From positions 416,001-480,000 of the forward strand of contig CBDCVR010000014.1 in the NCBI GenBank assembly GCA_965223155.1: a stretch of DNA of 64,000 bases, written 5' to 3'. The notes beneath the pieces were generated by a model that made no database searches, had not been told where the DNA came from, and saw only the letters and a program-made list of their open reading frames with translations. Of this stretch, positions 1 to 9,772 are shown piece after piece. The position numbers were made by a program, and so were the translations under genes. Origin of the DNA: Candidatus Multivoradales bacterium. Its GTDB lineage: Bacteria; Acidobacteriota; Thermoanaerobaculia; Multivoradales; JAHEKO01. The first letter of the stretch is position 1; each line of letters starts with the position of its first letter.

Positions 1-469
1 CGTACCCACGGTGGGCCCAAACGAGCTACCCCCTGTTCGGTAGGGCGTTGAGCCGTTGCGGGGAGTTCGAAATCGAGGCTATGCCTAGAGGCTCCTCACA
101 TCGGTGGCCCAAGGGCGCAAGACAAGCCTTCGTATTCAGCAGTGGCTGCCGATTTCAATCAGCTAGAGACAGGAACGCGAGGCGACACCTTCCCGAGACC
201 GCTGGTGGTGGCATCAGGCTCGCAATAGGGAACAGCAGAATCGAAGGGACGCCTAGAGATGACAAATAAAGTAACTCGACTGTTGCCTTGCTCTATAGCT
301 CATACTGTAGTTGACAGCCGCCCTCTGGGTGATACCCTAATGCCGCTCCAAGTACAAGTCGAGGTTTGGAGGAAGAAATGAACGCCACCACTACGCTCCG
401 AGAGGCCTGTATCCTGTCGAAAGAGTACGGTACCTAGCCTGTAAGGCCAGGCGGCTTTGAGCCGACTGG

Positions 470-1335
470 CTACCGGGGTTTCCACCAAATCGCATACGCG
501 AAAGCCGGCTCTGGGTCTTCGACCCTGAGGACGGCCGTCCTCTTGCTTTCTTCCGTGGCAAAGCTGTCCTGGATGAGCTTCCGCTCGGCCTCGACCTGGC
601 TTTCAGACTTGCGGTGAAAGACGGCGCAGTCTACGAACCACTGTTCTAGGACTCGATCATAAGGCGAAGCTTGTCAACAGGGTAGTCGACGCCCACCGCC
701 AAGTACTCGTGTGGAAACGGATCGTTCCTGTAGCTGTTGTATTGCTCCCGGGTGAGGGCTACGGAGTCACGAGCTCCGAGCACAAGAGAGAAGTCCAGCG
801 GGGCCTCGCCGTACGCCAGCCCGCCCTGATCGATGGTGATGTCGTAGAGAAGCCGGTTGGAGGAGTCCGCATTGAAGTCTCCTTTTACGTCTATCCCCAG
901 CGTCTTCCTGTGCTTGGGAACGGTCGCAAACCTGGGCACATCCTTGAAGCAGCCCCGCCCGGAAGGGCCACTAATCGTGTGTTCTTGGCGAATCCTTTCA
1001 ACTCGTTCGCCCTTATTCACGACCTTGAATCCAGACCAGCTGCTTATACGTTCTGTTGAGCAGTCGCCGTTAACTCGGTAGCTCACTTCGAGTTCGTGGC
1101 CGACAGCGCCAAACCTCTCGCCCCGCGAGAGCGATTCGTGCGTCTGTTTGTTCGCCTCTCCTTCGCTTCTCTTGGGCTCCCTCCCAACACTGTCGGCTCC
1201 ATTCCTAGCCGCAGCTTGTTTCTTGATCTTCGTGTCGATCTTTGTCTTCTTCTTGGTCTTCTTTTGGGCCTGCCACAACGCAACTGCGATAGTGGCTGCC
1301 GCCGTGATGACTGCTGCAATGATCGCTGGATCCAT
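470..1335 (-). pseudogene. Membrane-anchored hypothetical protein, apparently frameshifted near 646
   Basis: ORF 646-1335 has an N-terminal TM helix and Lys-rich linker and stops at TAG. An adjacent frame continues LEQWFVDCAVFHRKSESQVEAERK...VEDPEPAFAYAIWWKPR* to 470. Composition looks lower in GC than the flanks. Confidence 0.5.
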
Positions 1336-1505
1336 TTCCCACTCCTTGAGTCAGCCTACTCGGCAGTTGACTCGGCCATGAATTCCTCCTCCACGAGAAA
1401 GCGTCGATGACAATTGTAGCCCACGCGTGGCTGCCCTCTAGCCTTCCAATACTTGGCCCGCCCTCCCGGCAGCAGTGGACCATCCCCAGAAGACAGCTGC
1501 ATCCG

Positions 1506-1552
1506 TTGACGGGACCGCCGTCTTTCGTTAGATTTGAACGATGGTTCAAATC
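1506..1552 (+). promoter_or_regulatory. sigma70 promoter with overlapping palindromic TetR operator
   Basis: TTGACG (1506-1511), 17 nt, TAGATT (1529-1534). Perfect inverted repeat GATTTGAAC-N4-GTTCAAATC at 1531-1552 covers the -10 and the ATG. Confidence 0.8.
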
Positions 1553-2191
1553 GCTGCTGAGGCCGGCCTCCGAACCAGTTGCGTGGATGGCCCCCGCGCC
1601 CAGGACCGCCGCCGGGAGATTCTGCGCGCCGCGGCCAGGGTCTTCCGAAGCAGGGGCCTTCACGCCGCCGGCATGCGCGACATCGCGGCCGAAGCCGGCA
1701 TGCACGCCGGCAACCTGTACTACTACTTCCAGAGCAAGGAAGAACTCCTGGCCTATTGCCAGCGCGACGCCCTGGACGGCCTCGCCGAGTTGGTCGCCGA
1801 GGTGCGCGCCTCGGGGGCGCCGCCCGACGAACGGCTCCGAACCCTGATCGCCGGCCATGTCGAGCTTCTGAACGAGCGCACCCCCGGCTCGCTCGCCCAC
1901 CTCGAGGTCGAAGCCCTCTCCGAAGAGTGGCGCTCCGAGCTTCAGGCCCGCCGGGATCGATACGAACGTTCGATCCGAACGCTGGTCCGCGAGGCGATCG
2001 ACAGCGGCGCCTTCCGGCAGGTTGATCCGGCGGCGGCCGCCCTCGCAATCCTGGGCGCGGCCAACTGGACGGTCAAATGGTTCCGCGACTCGGGCTCGAA
2101 GTCGGCGCGCGAGGTGGGCCTGGAGTTCGCGGATCTCCTGGTCGGCGGCCTGGCCTCCGACACAGGAAACCTCGTGGAGGCCAAGCGATGA
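1541..2191 (+). CDS. TetR/AcrR family regulator (KstR2-like C-terminus)
   Basis: HTH motif ILRAAARVFRSRGLHAAGMRDIAAEAGMHAGNLYYYFQSKEELL. Confidence 0.92.
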   Translation: MVQIAAEAGLRTSCVDGPRAQDRRREILRAAARVFRSRGLHAAGMRDIAAEAGMHAGNLYYYFQSKEELLAYCQRDALDGLAELVAEVRASGAPPDERLRTLIAGHVELLNERTPGSLAHLEVEALSEEWRSELQARRDRYERSIRTLVREAIDSGAFRQVDPAAAALAILGAANWTVKWFRDSGSKSAREVGLEFADLLVGGLASDTGNLVEAKR

Positions 2192-2784
2192 GCGCCACCG
2201 GCGGGATCACGAGAACCCTTGACCTCGAGATCAACGGCGAGCGCCGGACGGTCGCCTTTCCCGTCCATCACACTCTGCTGGAAGTGCTGCGCGAAGAGTG
2301 CGCCCTGACCGGCACCAAGCACGGCTGCGAGCTGGGCGAGTGCGGCGCTTGCGCCGTACTGGTGGACGGCAAGCCGGTGCTGTCGTGCCTGGTACTGGCT
2401 GCCGACATGGAGGGAAAGCGAATCGAGACCATCGAAGGCATGGCCGACGGACCCGAGCTGGATCCGCTCCAAGCCGCTCTCGCCGACCTGGGCGCGGCCC
2501 AGTGCGGCTACTGCACGCCCGGTATCTTGCTCACCTCCAAGGCGCTCCTGGCCGAACATCCCCGACCCGACCGGCGCCAGGTCGAGGAGGCCCTGGCCGG
2601 CAACCTGTGCCGCTGCACCGGGTACCACAAGATCGTCGAGGGCGTCTTGGTGGCCGCGGACCCCAAGCTTAGCGCGAGTCTCGAAGACGCCGAGGCCCGG
2701 CCGGAGATCCTCTACGGCGCCGCCGAGCCGGCCGCCGAGCTGCCCGGCGATCCGGGCGCCGACCCGAAGCCCCGGAGACCCTGA
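2188..2784 (+). CDS. hcrC: 2x[2Fe-2S] small subunit, xanthine oxidase family (4-hydroxybenzoyl-CoA reductase gamma-like)
   Basis: GTKHGCELGECGACAVLVDG, QCGYCTPG, GNLCRCTGY. Start at ATG 2188 in an ATGA overlap with the TetR stop. Confidence 0.8.
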   Translation: MSATGGITRTLDLEINGERRTVAFPVHHTLLEVLREECALTGTKHGCELGECGACAVLVDGKPVLSCLVLAADMEGKRIETIEGMADGPELDPLQAALADLGAAQCGYCTPGILLTSKALLAEHPRPDRRQVEEALAGNLCRCTGYHKIVEGVLVAADPKLSASLEDAEARPEILYGAAEPAAELPGDPGADPKPRRP

Positions 2785-2786
2785 CC

Positions 2787-5357
2787 GTGGCCGAGCCGAT
2801 CCAGACGCCGCCGGACGACCTCCCTTCCGAGGAGGCGGCCCGGGACCGCGAGACGCTCCACGTCGGCCGGCCCTTCCGCAGGGTGGACGGTCACGCCAAG
2901 GTCACCGGCCGCACCCAATTCGCCGACGACTTGTCCTTCCCGCGCATGGCCTACATGCGGCTGGTGCGCTCGACCGTGCCCCACGCCCGGATCCGGTCCA
3001 TCGACTTCACCGGCGCCCGCGAGATCGACGGCTTTCTCGGCTGCCTCACCGGCGAGGACACGCCCAACTCGTTCGGCATCCTGCCGGTCTCAGAGGACGA
3101 GCACGCGCTTTGCCAGGGAATCGCGCGCATGGTCGGAGACCCGGTCGCCGCGGTCGCCGCGGCAACCGAGGACGCCGCGATCGAAGCGGCCCTGGCGGTC
3201 GAGGTCGACTACGAAGCGCTGACCACGATCTCCGGCATCGAGGAGGCCCTGGCGACGCCGGAGCCCAGAATTCACGACTACAGCCGGGAGGGCGGCAACG
3301 TCCACAAGCGGGTCTCGCTCGAGTTTGGCCCGATGGCGGAGGCCTTGGACGGCGCCGACCTCGTCCTGGAAGACACGTTCTTCTATGAGGGCAACACCCA
3401 CCTTCCGATGGAGCAGCACGCCGCGGTGGCGGTGCCGGAAGAGGCCGGCCGGATCACACTCTATTCCTCGACCCAGACACCGCACTACGTACACCGCGCG
3501 CTGGCCAAGGTGCTGGCGATTCCGCCCTCCCGCATCCGAGTCGTGGCGTGCCCCAACGGCGGCGGCTTCGGCGGCAAGAGCGATCCCTTCCCCCACGAGA
3601 TGGCGGTGGCGATCATGGCCCTGCGGCTGGGCCGGCCGGTCAAGATCACGCTCACCCGGGAGGAGGTCTTCTACTGCCACCGCGGGCGCCATCCCGTGCT
3701 GATGGCGCTCGAGACCGGATTCGACGAGGACGGGACCATCCGCGGACAGCATCTGCGGACCGCCCTCGACGGCGGCTCCTACGGCAGCTACGGAGTCGCC
3801 TCGACCTACTACACCGGGGCGCTCCAGACGGTCACCTACAAACTGCCCGCCTACCGCTTCGACGGCATCCGCGTCTACACCAACAAGCCGCCGTGCGGGC
3901 CCAAGCGCGGGCACGGCACGCCTCAGCCCCGCTTCGGCTGGGAGGTCCAGCTCGACAAGGCGGCGCACGCCCTCGGCATCGACCCGGCCGAGCTGCGGCT
4001 TCGCAACCTGGAGGATCCAGGCACGATCACGGCCAACTGGCTCGAGCTCGGCACCATCCAACTGGAGCGCTGCATCCGGGCGGTAGTTTCCGGCAGCAAT
4101 TGGTACGAGCGCTACGGCAAGCTGCCCGAGGGACGGGGTCTGGGGCTTGCCTGCGGCGCCTATCTGTGTGGCGCGGGCCTGCCCATCTACTGGAATCACA
4201 TGCCGCAATCCGGCGTCCAGATCCTCCTCGACCGTTCCGGGTCGGTCGCGGTCTACTGCGGCGAGGCCGAGATCGGACAGGGCTCGGATTCGGTGCTGGC
4301 CGCGCTCGTGGCCGAGGTTCTGGGCGTGGAGCTGGGCGATGTCCGGCTGTGCGTGGGCGACACCGGCTTTACACCCGTGGACCTGGGCAGCTACTCCTCG
4401 CGGGTGACTCTGATGATGGGCAATGCCGCGATCGAAGCCGCCGAAAGTCTGCGCGAGCGGCTGGCCCGAGCCGTGGCCGAGGATCTCGACATCCCGGCCG
4501 AGCACCTGACCTTTGCCGGCAACCAGGTGTTCGACAGCGCCGAACCGGAGCGCGGCATCGGCTTCCGGGAGGCCTGCATCCTGGCCGAGGCGCGCTTCGG
4601 CACCCTGTCTTCGGTGGGCTCCTACACGCCGCCACGCTCGCCCGGGCGCTACCGGGGCGCCGGCGTCGGACCCTCCCCGACCTATTCGTACACGGCGGCG
4701 GTCCTCGAAGTCGAGGTGGACCCCGCAACCGGCCTCTACCGGCCCATCCACGTCTGGGTAGCGCACGACATCGGCCGGTCGCTCAACCCGGTGATGGTGC
4801 TGGGCCAGGTCGAGGGCTCGGTCTACATGGCCCTGGGCGAAGCGATGATGGAAGAGCAGGTCTTCCGGCGCCTGCCTCCCAAGCGCTCTGACGCCCTCGT
4901 CCACCGCAATCCGTCACTCCTTGAATACAAGAGCCCGACGTTCGTGGACATGCCTCCGGTCACCAGCTATCTGATCGAAGAACCGGACGCCAAGGGTCCC
5001 TTTGGCGCCAAGGAGGTGGGCCAGGGTCCGCTGTTGCCGATCCTGCCGGCGCTCGCCAACGCCATTTTCGACGCCGTTGGCGTGCGGATCGACCAGGTGC
5101 CGATCCAGCCGCACATGATCCTGCGCGCCCTGGCCTCGAAAGACCGCGGTCAGCCCGCCCGCTTCGGCCCCTCGGGCTTTCCGCTTTGCGACTTCGGGGA
5201 GACGCTAATCGTGCCGACTCCCGCCCAAGGCGGCGATGGCCGGGCCACCAACGACGCCAAGAGCAAGCTCCGCTCTTCAGGCCTGCGTGCCGCCACCGGC
5301 ACCATGAGTGAACGTGACGAGGCGCTGAAACAGCACGGCCCCCTAACTACCGAATAG
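2787..5357 (+). CDS. hcrA: Molybdopterin-binding large subunit (4-hydroxybenzoyl-CoA reductase alpha-like)
   Basis: GGGFGGK, PKRGHGTPQPRF, AEIGQGS, DLGSYSSRVT, GPFGAKEVGQG; gene order C-A-B. Confidence 0.75.
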   Translation: MAEPIQTPPDDLPSEEAARDRETLHVGRPFRRVDGHAKVTGRTQFADDLSFPRMAYMRLVRSTVPHARIRSIDFTGAREIDGFLGCLTGEDTPNSFGILPVSEDEHALCQGIARMVGDPVAAVAAATEDAAIEAALAVEVDYEALTTISGIEEALATPEPRIHDYSREGGNVHKRVSLEFGPMAEALDGADLVLEDTFFYEGNTHLPMEQHAAVAVPEEAGRITLYSSTQTPHYVHRALAKVLAIPPSRIRVVACPNGGGFGGKSDPFPHEMAVAIMALRLGRPVKITLTREEVFYCHRGRHPVLMALETGFDEDGTIRGQHLRTALDGGSYGSYGVASTYYTGALQTVTYKLPAYRFDGIRVYTNKPPCGPKRGHGTPQPRFGWEVQLDKAAHALGIDPAELRLRNLEDPGTITANWLELGTIQLERCIRAVVSGSNWYERYGKLPEGRGLGLACGAYLCGAGLPIYWNHMPQSGVQILLDRSGSVAVYCGEAEIGQGSDSVLAALVAEVLGVELGDVRLCVGDTGFTPVDLGSYSSRVTLMMGNAAIEAAESLRERLARAVAEDLDIPAEHLTFAGNQVFDSAEPERGIGFREACILAEARFGTLSSVGSYTPPRSPGRYRGAGVGPSPTYSYTAAVLEVEVDPATGLYRPIHVWVAHDIGRSLNPVMVLGQVEGSVYMALGEAMMEEQVFRRLPPKRSDALVHRNPSLLEYKSPTFVDMPPVTSYLIEEPDAKGPFGAKEVGQGPLLPILPALANAIFDAVGVRIDQVPIQPHMILRALASKDRGQPARFGPSGFPLCDFGETLIVPTPAQGGDGRATNDAKSKLRSSGLRAATGTMSERDEALKQHGPLTTE

Positions 5358-5381
5358 CTATCGACCGACGGCCAACCGATC

Positions 5382-6371
5382 ATGCTGCGCCTACCCTCCT
5401 TTCGCTATCACCAGCCGGCTTCACTCGACGAAGCGCTCTCTCTCCTGGCGGCTTCGGGACCATCGACACGCGTGGTCGCGGGCGGCACCGATCTCTGGCC
5501 CAACATGAAACGGCGCCACCAGTCGGCCGAGACCGTGATCTCGCTGATGCAGATTCCCGAGCTCGCCGGCATCCAAGTGCGCGACGACGCCTATGTCGTC
5601 GGCGCCACGACTCTGCTCGACGACCTGACCCGATCCGAGCTCGTCCGCCGCGAGCTGCCGGCGCTGGCCGAAGCCGCCGAAGCGGTCTCCTCGCCGCCGC
5701 TCCGCAACATGGCCACCCTAGGCGGCAACCTGTGCGTCGATACGCGCTGCACCTACTACAACCAGACCGAGGAATGGCGGCGCTCGATCGACTACTGCAT
5801 GAAGGAGGCGGGCACCGTCTGCTGGGTGGCTCCCGGCTCCTCGGTGTGCTGGGCGCACTCGGCCTCGGACACCGCCCCAATGCTGGCGGCTCTGGGCGCT
5901 CGGGTGGTCCTGCGCTCGGCCCAAGGCGACCGCACCGTGGCAATCGACGAGCTCTTCCGCAACGATGGCATTCGCTATCTGGCGATCCAGCCGGGAGAGG
6001 TGCTGACCGCAGTCGAGATTTCCCGCTCGAGCGCCGCCAACCACTGCCGCACGGTTTTTCGCAAGCTCCGGCGCCGTGGCTCGATCGACTTCGCGGTGCT
6101 GACCGTGGCGGCCGCGGTCTGGCCCTCGACCGGGTCGGAGGTCGAGCGGGCGCGGCTGGTGCTGGGCTCGGTCGCCTCGCGTCCGCTGAGGGTCCCCGAC
6201 GCGGAAGCGGCGATCCAGGAAGGAGGCCTAGCCGCCGAGTCCATCGAAGCCGCGGCAAAGGCCGCGCGGCGGGCCGCGACTCCGATGGACAACACCGACT
6301 TCAAGACGCAGTGGCGCGGCCTCATGGCCGAGCGCTGGACGCGGGCCGCGCTCGAGGAACTCGCTGAGTAG
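5382..6371 (+). CDS. hcrB: FAD subunit with [4Fe-4S] insertion (4-hydroxybenzoyl-CoA reductase beta-like)
   Basis: AGGTDL, RNMATLGGNLC, and the Cys-rich insert DTRCTYYNQ..WR....C.......C........C characteristic of HcrB-type subunits. Confidence 0.8.
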   Translation: MLRLPSFRYHQPASLDEALSLLAASGPSTRVVAGGTDLWPNMKRRHQSAETVISLMQIPELAGIQVRDDAYVVGATTLLDDLTRSELVRRELPALAEAAEAVSSPPLRNMATLGGNLCVDTRCTYYNQTEEWRRSIDYCMKEAGTVCWVAPGSSVCWAHSASDTAPMLAALGARVVLRSAQGDRTVAIDELFRNDGIRYLAIQPGEVLTAVEISRSSAANHCRTVFRKLRRRGSIDFAVLTVAAAVWPSTGSEVERARLVLGSVASRPLRVPDAEAAIQEGGLAAESIEAAAKAARRAATPMDNTDFKTQWRGLMAERWTRAALEELAE

Positions 6372-6491
6372 GGGCGGTGCCGGATCCCGCGCCCGGCGCC
6401 TTGCCGGTGCGGAGCCCACTTCAGCCCGTCCCGCAACGATGCAGCAACGACCTATTCAGGCTATGATCCCCGCTTCGCGAGGCTCGATCCG

Positions 6492-7556
6492 ATGACCTAT
6501 CCCGAACGCAACGGCAAGAAGGCGCTGATCACTGGCGTGACCGGACAGGACGGGTCCTACCTGGCCGAGTTCCTGCTCGCCAAGGGCTACGACGTCTGGG
6601 GCATCGTGCGCCGGTCCTCATCGCTCAACACCTCGCGCATCGACCACCTCTACGAGGATCCCCAGGCCAGCGACGTGCGGTTCCGGCTGGTGTTCGGTGA
6701 CTTGAATGACGCCTCGTCGCTCAACCAGATCCTGAAGACCGTTCGACCGGACGAGATCTACAACCTGGGCGCCCAATCCCACGTCAAGGTCTCGTTCGAC
6801 ATCCCGGAATACACCGCCGAGGTAACCGGCGTGGGCGTGGTGCGGCTGTTGGAAGGCATGCGCGAGCTGGATCTCAAGGCGCGCTTCTATCAAGCCTCCT
6901 CCTCGGAGATGTTCGGCAAAGTCGCCGAGACGCCCCAGAATGAGACCACGCCGTTTCACCCGCAGAGCCCGTACGCGGCCGCCAAGGTCTTCGCCTACCA
7001 CATCGTGCGGAACTATCGGGAAGCCTACGGCATGTTCGGGGTCAACGGCATACTCTTCAACCACGAGTCGCCCCGACGAGGCGAAACGTTCGTGACCCGG
7101 AAGATCACCCTGGCGGCCGCCAACATCAAGCACGGCAGCCAGGACTGCCTCTACCTGGGCAATCTGGACGCCAAGCGCGATTGGGGCTTCGCCGGCGACT
7201 ACGTCGACGCTATGTGGCGCATGCTCCAGTGCGACGAGCCTCGGGACTTCGTCGTCGCCACCGGCGAGACCCATACCGTACGCGAGTTCTGTGAGAAGGC
7301 CTTCGCCCGCGTCGACCTGCCGCTCAACTGGGAGGGCGAGGGGCTGCACGAGCGCGGTATCGACCCGGAGGGCCGGACCCTTGTGCAGATCGATCCCCGC
7401 TACTTCCGTCCAGCCGAAGTGGACCTGCTGCTCGGCGACGCGAGCCTCGCCCACGAGGTCCTGGAGTGGTCCCCGCAGGTGACCTTCGAGGGACTGGTCA
7501 ACCTGATGGTTGACGCCGATCTTGAGCTGGTCCAGTCAACGGCCGGCAGCGGCTAG
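6492..7556 (+). CDS. gmd: GDP-mannose 4,6-dehydratase
   Basis: [59 protein letters not shown]. Confidence 0.97.
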   Translation: MTYPERNGKKALITGVTGQDGSYLAEFLLAKGYDVWGIVRRSSSLNTSRIDHLYEDPQASDVRFRLVFGDLNDASSLNQILKTVRPDEIYNLGAQSHVKVSFDIPEYTAEVTGVGVVRLLEGMRELDLKARFYQASSSEMFGKVAETPQNETTPFHPQSPYAAAKVFAYHIVRNYREAYGMFGVNGILFNHESPRRGETFVTRKITLAAANIKHGSQDCLYLGNLDAKRDWGFAGDYVDAMWRMLQCDEPRDFVVATGETHTVREFCEKAFARVDLPLNWEGEGLHERGIDPEGRTLVQIDPRYFRPAEVDLLLGDASLAHEVLEWSPQVTFEGLVNLMVDADLELVQSTAGSG

Positions 7557-7625
7557 GCCGACTGAAGACGTTCCGCGCCGCGAGAGACCGAGCGCTCGCA
7601 CGGAAGCAGCGGCCGCGTCCGACCG

Positions 7626-8108
7626 CTACTCCCCTGCCCGGAAGATCCAGCCCGGCGCCTTCTCGATGCTCTGGCGCAGGTGCAGGTTCAACTGTGCGGC
7701 GCCGTGTTGCACGTGGCGCAGGTTGTAGAGATGGAGCTCGCCGATGGTCAAGCCTAGCCGGTCGAAGCCGCAGGGTGACGCGGCATGCCGGTCGGTGATG
7801 TCGCCTACGGTGCTGCGACATTTCTCCCGACAATGCGCGAGATAGGCCAGCAACTCGTCCCGGCTGTACATACGCTCGGGCAGCACACCCTCGGGATCCA
7901 GCTCGCCCAGCGTGAAAGGGTGCGGAGGTTCGAAAGCGTCGGGCCTCTCGGACAGATAGCAGTCCAACCAGAAGAGCGTGTGATAGGCCAGGTACCAGAC
8001 CTCTTGGCGCCGCCAAACGTCGTCCGGGAACAGCTCGATAGCGGCCTTCAAGGCATCAATCGCAGCCCCGAACTGGCTCCAGAGAGTTCTGCCCCACTGG
8101 GTGGTCAT
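7626..8108 (-). CDS. DinB family protein
   Basis: WYLAYHTLFWLDCY and YNLRHVQHGAAQL metal-binding His pattern. Confidence 0.8.
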   Translation of the reverse strand: MTTQWGRTLWSQFGAAIDALKAAIELFPDDVWRRQEVWYLAYHTLFWLDCYLSERPDAFEPPHPFTLGELDPEGVLPERMYSRDELLAYLAHCREKCRSTVGDITDRHAASPCGFDRLGLTIGELHLYNLRHVQHGAAQLNLHLRQSIEKAPGWIFRAGE

Positions 8109-8171
8109 CCTATTCGCCGAAACTCCGTTCCATCCGTTGGATGCTGCCGCGATCGGGTGGGCGCGGACAGG

Positions 8172-8846
8172 CTAGCGCGGGCGCCCTGAGACCATGAGCT
8201 CGTCGCGCCCGGCCTCGACCCGCTCGACCAAAATTCCCTCGACCTCGAAGACCAGCTCCGAGGCGATCCCGTCGGTCGAAACTCCCAGCCTCTCCCCCAT
8301 GTCGTCGAGCGGTAGGGAAAGGAAACCGACCTTCATCTCCGGGTCTCCGCCCAGGGCCACCTCCCCGTCGCGGGCCTCGGGCGTGCCGGCAACAGCCACA
8401 TAGAGGTCTCGCCCCCGAAGGAACGGCAGCATGTCGAGCACGCGCTCGACCGCGCGCCGGTCGTCTTCCGGCAGGTCGCTCGCCTCGACCGCCGCCAAAT
8501 CTAGCGTCAGGCCCACTTCCAGAGAATCGGGCTCGACGTCCACGTCCACCGAGCGGGAGATCTCCAGAACCTGGCGGCCCCGCTCGTGCCTGGAAGCGGC
8601 GACGACGAACAGCGCCTCGAGCTCCTCCTCGGTAAGCCGCTGCTCGATCGCCGCCCCGGCGTCGCGCCCGGCCTCCCGTACGCGCTCGTCCAGCTCCTCG
8701 ACCAGCTCGCGGGCGCTCTCGAAATCCACGACCTCGCCGCCGTCGCGACCCGAGCCCCCCGACCCGGACGCGCGCCAGAGCAGAAAGCCCAGCGTAGCCA
8801 CGACTCCGATCAGGAACACGATGACGCAGGCAAGACAGGTCTTCAT
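8172..8846 (-). CDS. Membrane-anchored hypothetical protein
   Basis: N-terminal hydrophobic helix, acidic domain, high-GC codon usage. Confidence 0.7.
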   Translation of the reverse strand: MKTCLACVIVFLIGVVATLGFLLWRASGSGGSGRDGGEVVDFESARELVEELDERVREAGRDAGAAIEQRLTEEELEALFVVAASRHERGRQVLEISRSVDVDVEPDSLEVGLTLDLAAVEASDLPEDDRRAVERVLDMLPFLRGRDLYVAVAGTPEARDGEVALGGDPEMKVGFLSLPLDDMGERLGVSTDGIASELVFEVEGILVERVEAGRDELMVSGRPR

Positions 8847-8863
8847 GGGGCTAGAATCCTACC

Positions 8864-9772
8864 GTGTCCGCCACCACCAACTCGCCCGCACCGGCCTTGC
8901 GCCATCTGGTCGCCTGCGCGGCCTGTCACCGCCAGTACGAAGCCGGCGGTCTGGAGCCGGGAGACAGGTTCCATTGCTCGTGCGGGCACGTGATCGAGGT
9001 CCAAACGCCCAGGCCGCACGAGTCGGCCGTCGTTCGCTGCTCCGCCTGCGGCGGTCCTCGCCTGGAGGGAGCCGCGAGCTGCCGCTTCTGCAATTCGGAC
9101 TTCACGCTGCACGAGCGCGACCTCGACACGATCTGTCCGGGTTGCGCGACCCGCATCAGCCGCCGAGCCCGCTTCTGCCATGCCTGTGCGCTGCCGATCG
9201 ACCCCCACCCAACCGGAGCCGAGCCTTCGGGCCAAGCCTGTCCCGCTTGCGCGGCGGACTCCGAGCTGGTCAGCCGGCCCCTCGGCGGCGAGATTCTGAC
9301 GGTTCTAGAATGTCCGCAGTGCGCCGGCCTCTGGCTGGGAACGGAGTCCTTTCGGCTGCTTGAGGATCGCGCCAAGGAACGAAGTCCTGGCTGGATGCCC
9401 GCTCCGCCGCCCGCCGCCGAATCGGCCGAAGCCACCGGAGGCACCGAAGGCCGTATGTACCGGCCCTGTCCGGCCTGCGGCAAGCTCATGCACCGAAGAA
9501 ACTACGGCAAGCGCAGCGGCACGATCTTGGACGTTTGCGCCGAACACGGCTTGTGGTTCGACGCCGGCGAGCTCGAGCACGTCCTGCGCTGGATTCGGGA
9601 CGGCGGCTTGGCGCGCTCTCAGCAGCGGGACGCCGAGGACGCCGCCCAGGCCGTACGCAAGGCCGCGACCGCCGGCCTGCCGCCGGTCACGCGGCCATCG
9701 GGCTCGGCCCTCGGAGGATTTCTGGAGCTGATCCTGGACTGGATCGCCCGAACCCGCCCCGGCTCGAGTTAG
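8864..9772 (+). CDS. Multi zinc-ribbon protein (zf-TFIIB-like domains)
   Basis: About 10 CxxC/CxC/CxxH knuckles; C..C.GLWL and DVC..HGLWFDAGEL motifs. Confidence 0.8.
   Translation: MSATTNSPAPALRHLVACAACHRQYEAGGLEPGDRFHCSCGHVIEVQTPRPHESAVVRCSACGGPRLEGAASCRFCNSDFTLHERDLDTICPGCATRISRRARFCHACALPIDPHPTGAEPSGQACPACAADSELVSRPLGGEILTVLECPQCAGLWLGTESFRLLEDRAKERSPGWMPAPPPAAESAEATGGTEGRMYRPCPACGKLMHRRNYGKRSGTILDVCAEHGLWFDAGELEHVLRWIRDGGLARSQQRDAEDAAQAVRKAATAGLPPVTRPSGSALGGFLELILDWIARTRPGSS

Noticed and set aside
14-53. Imperfect hairpin ending in GTTGAGC, resembling an integron attC site
   Set aside because: Only ~40 bp, the left end does not fit RYYYAAC, and no second site or integrase is visible.
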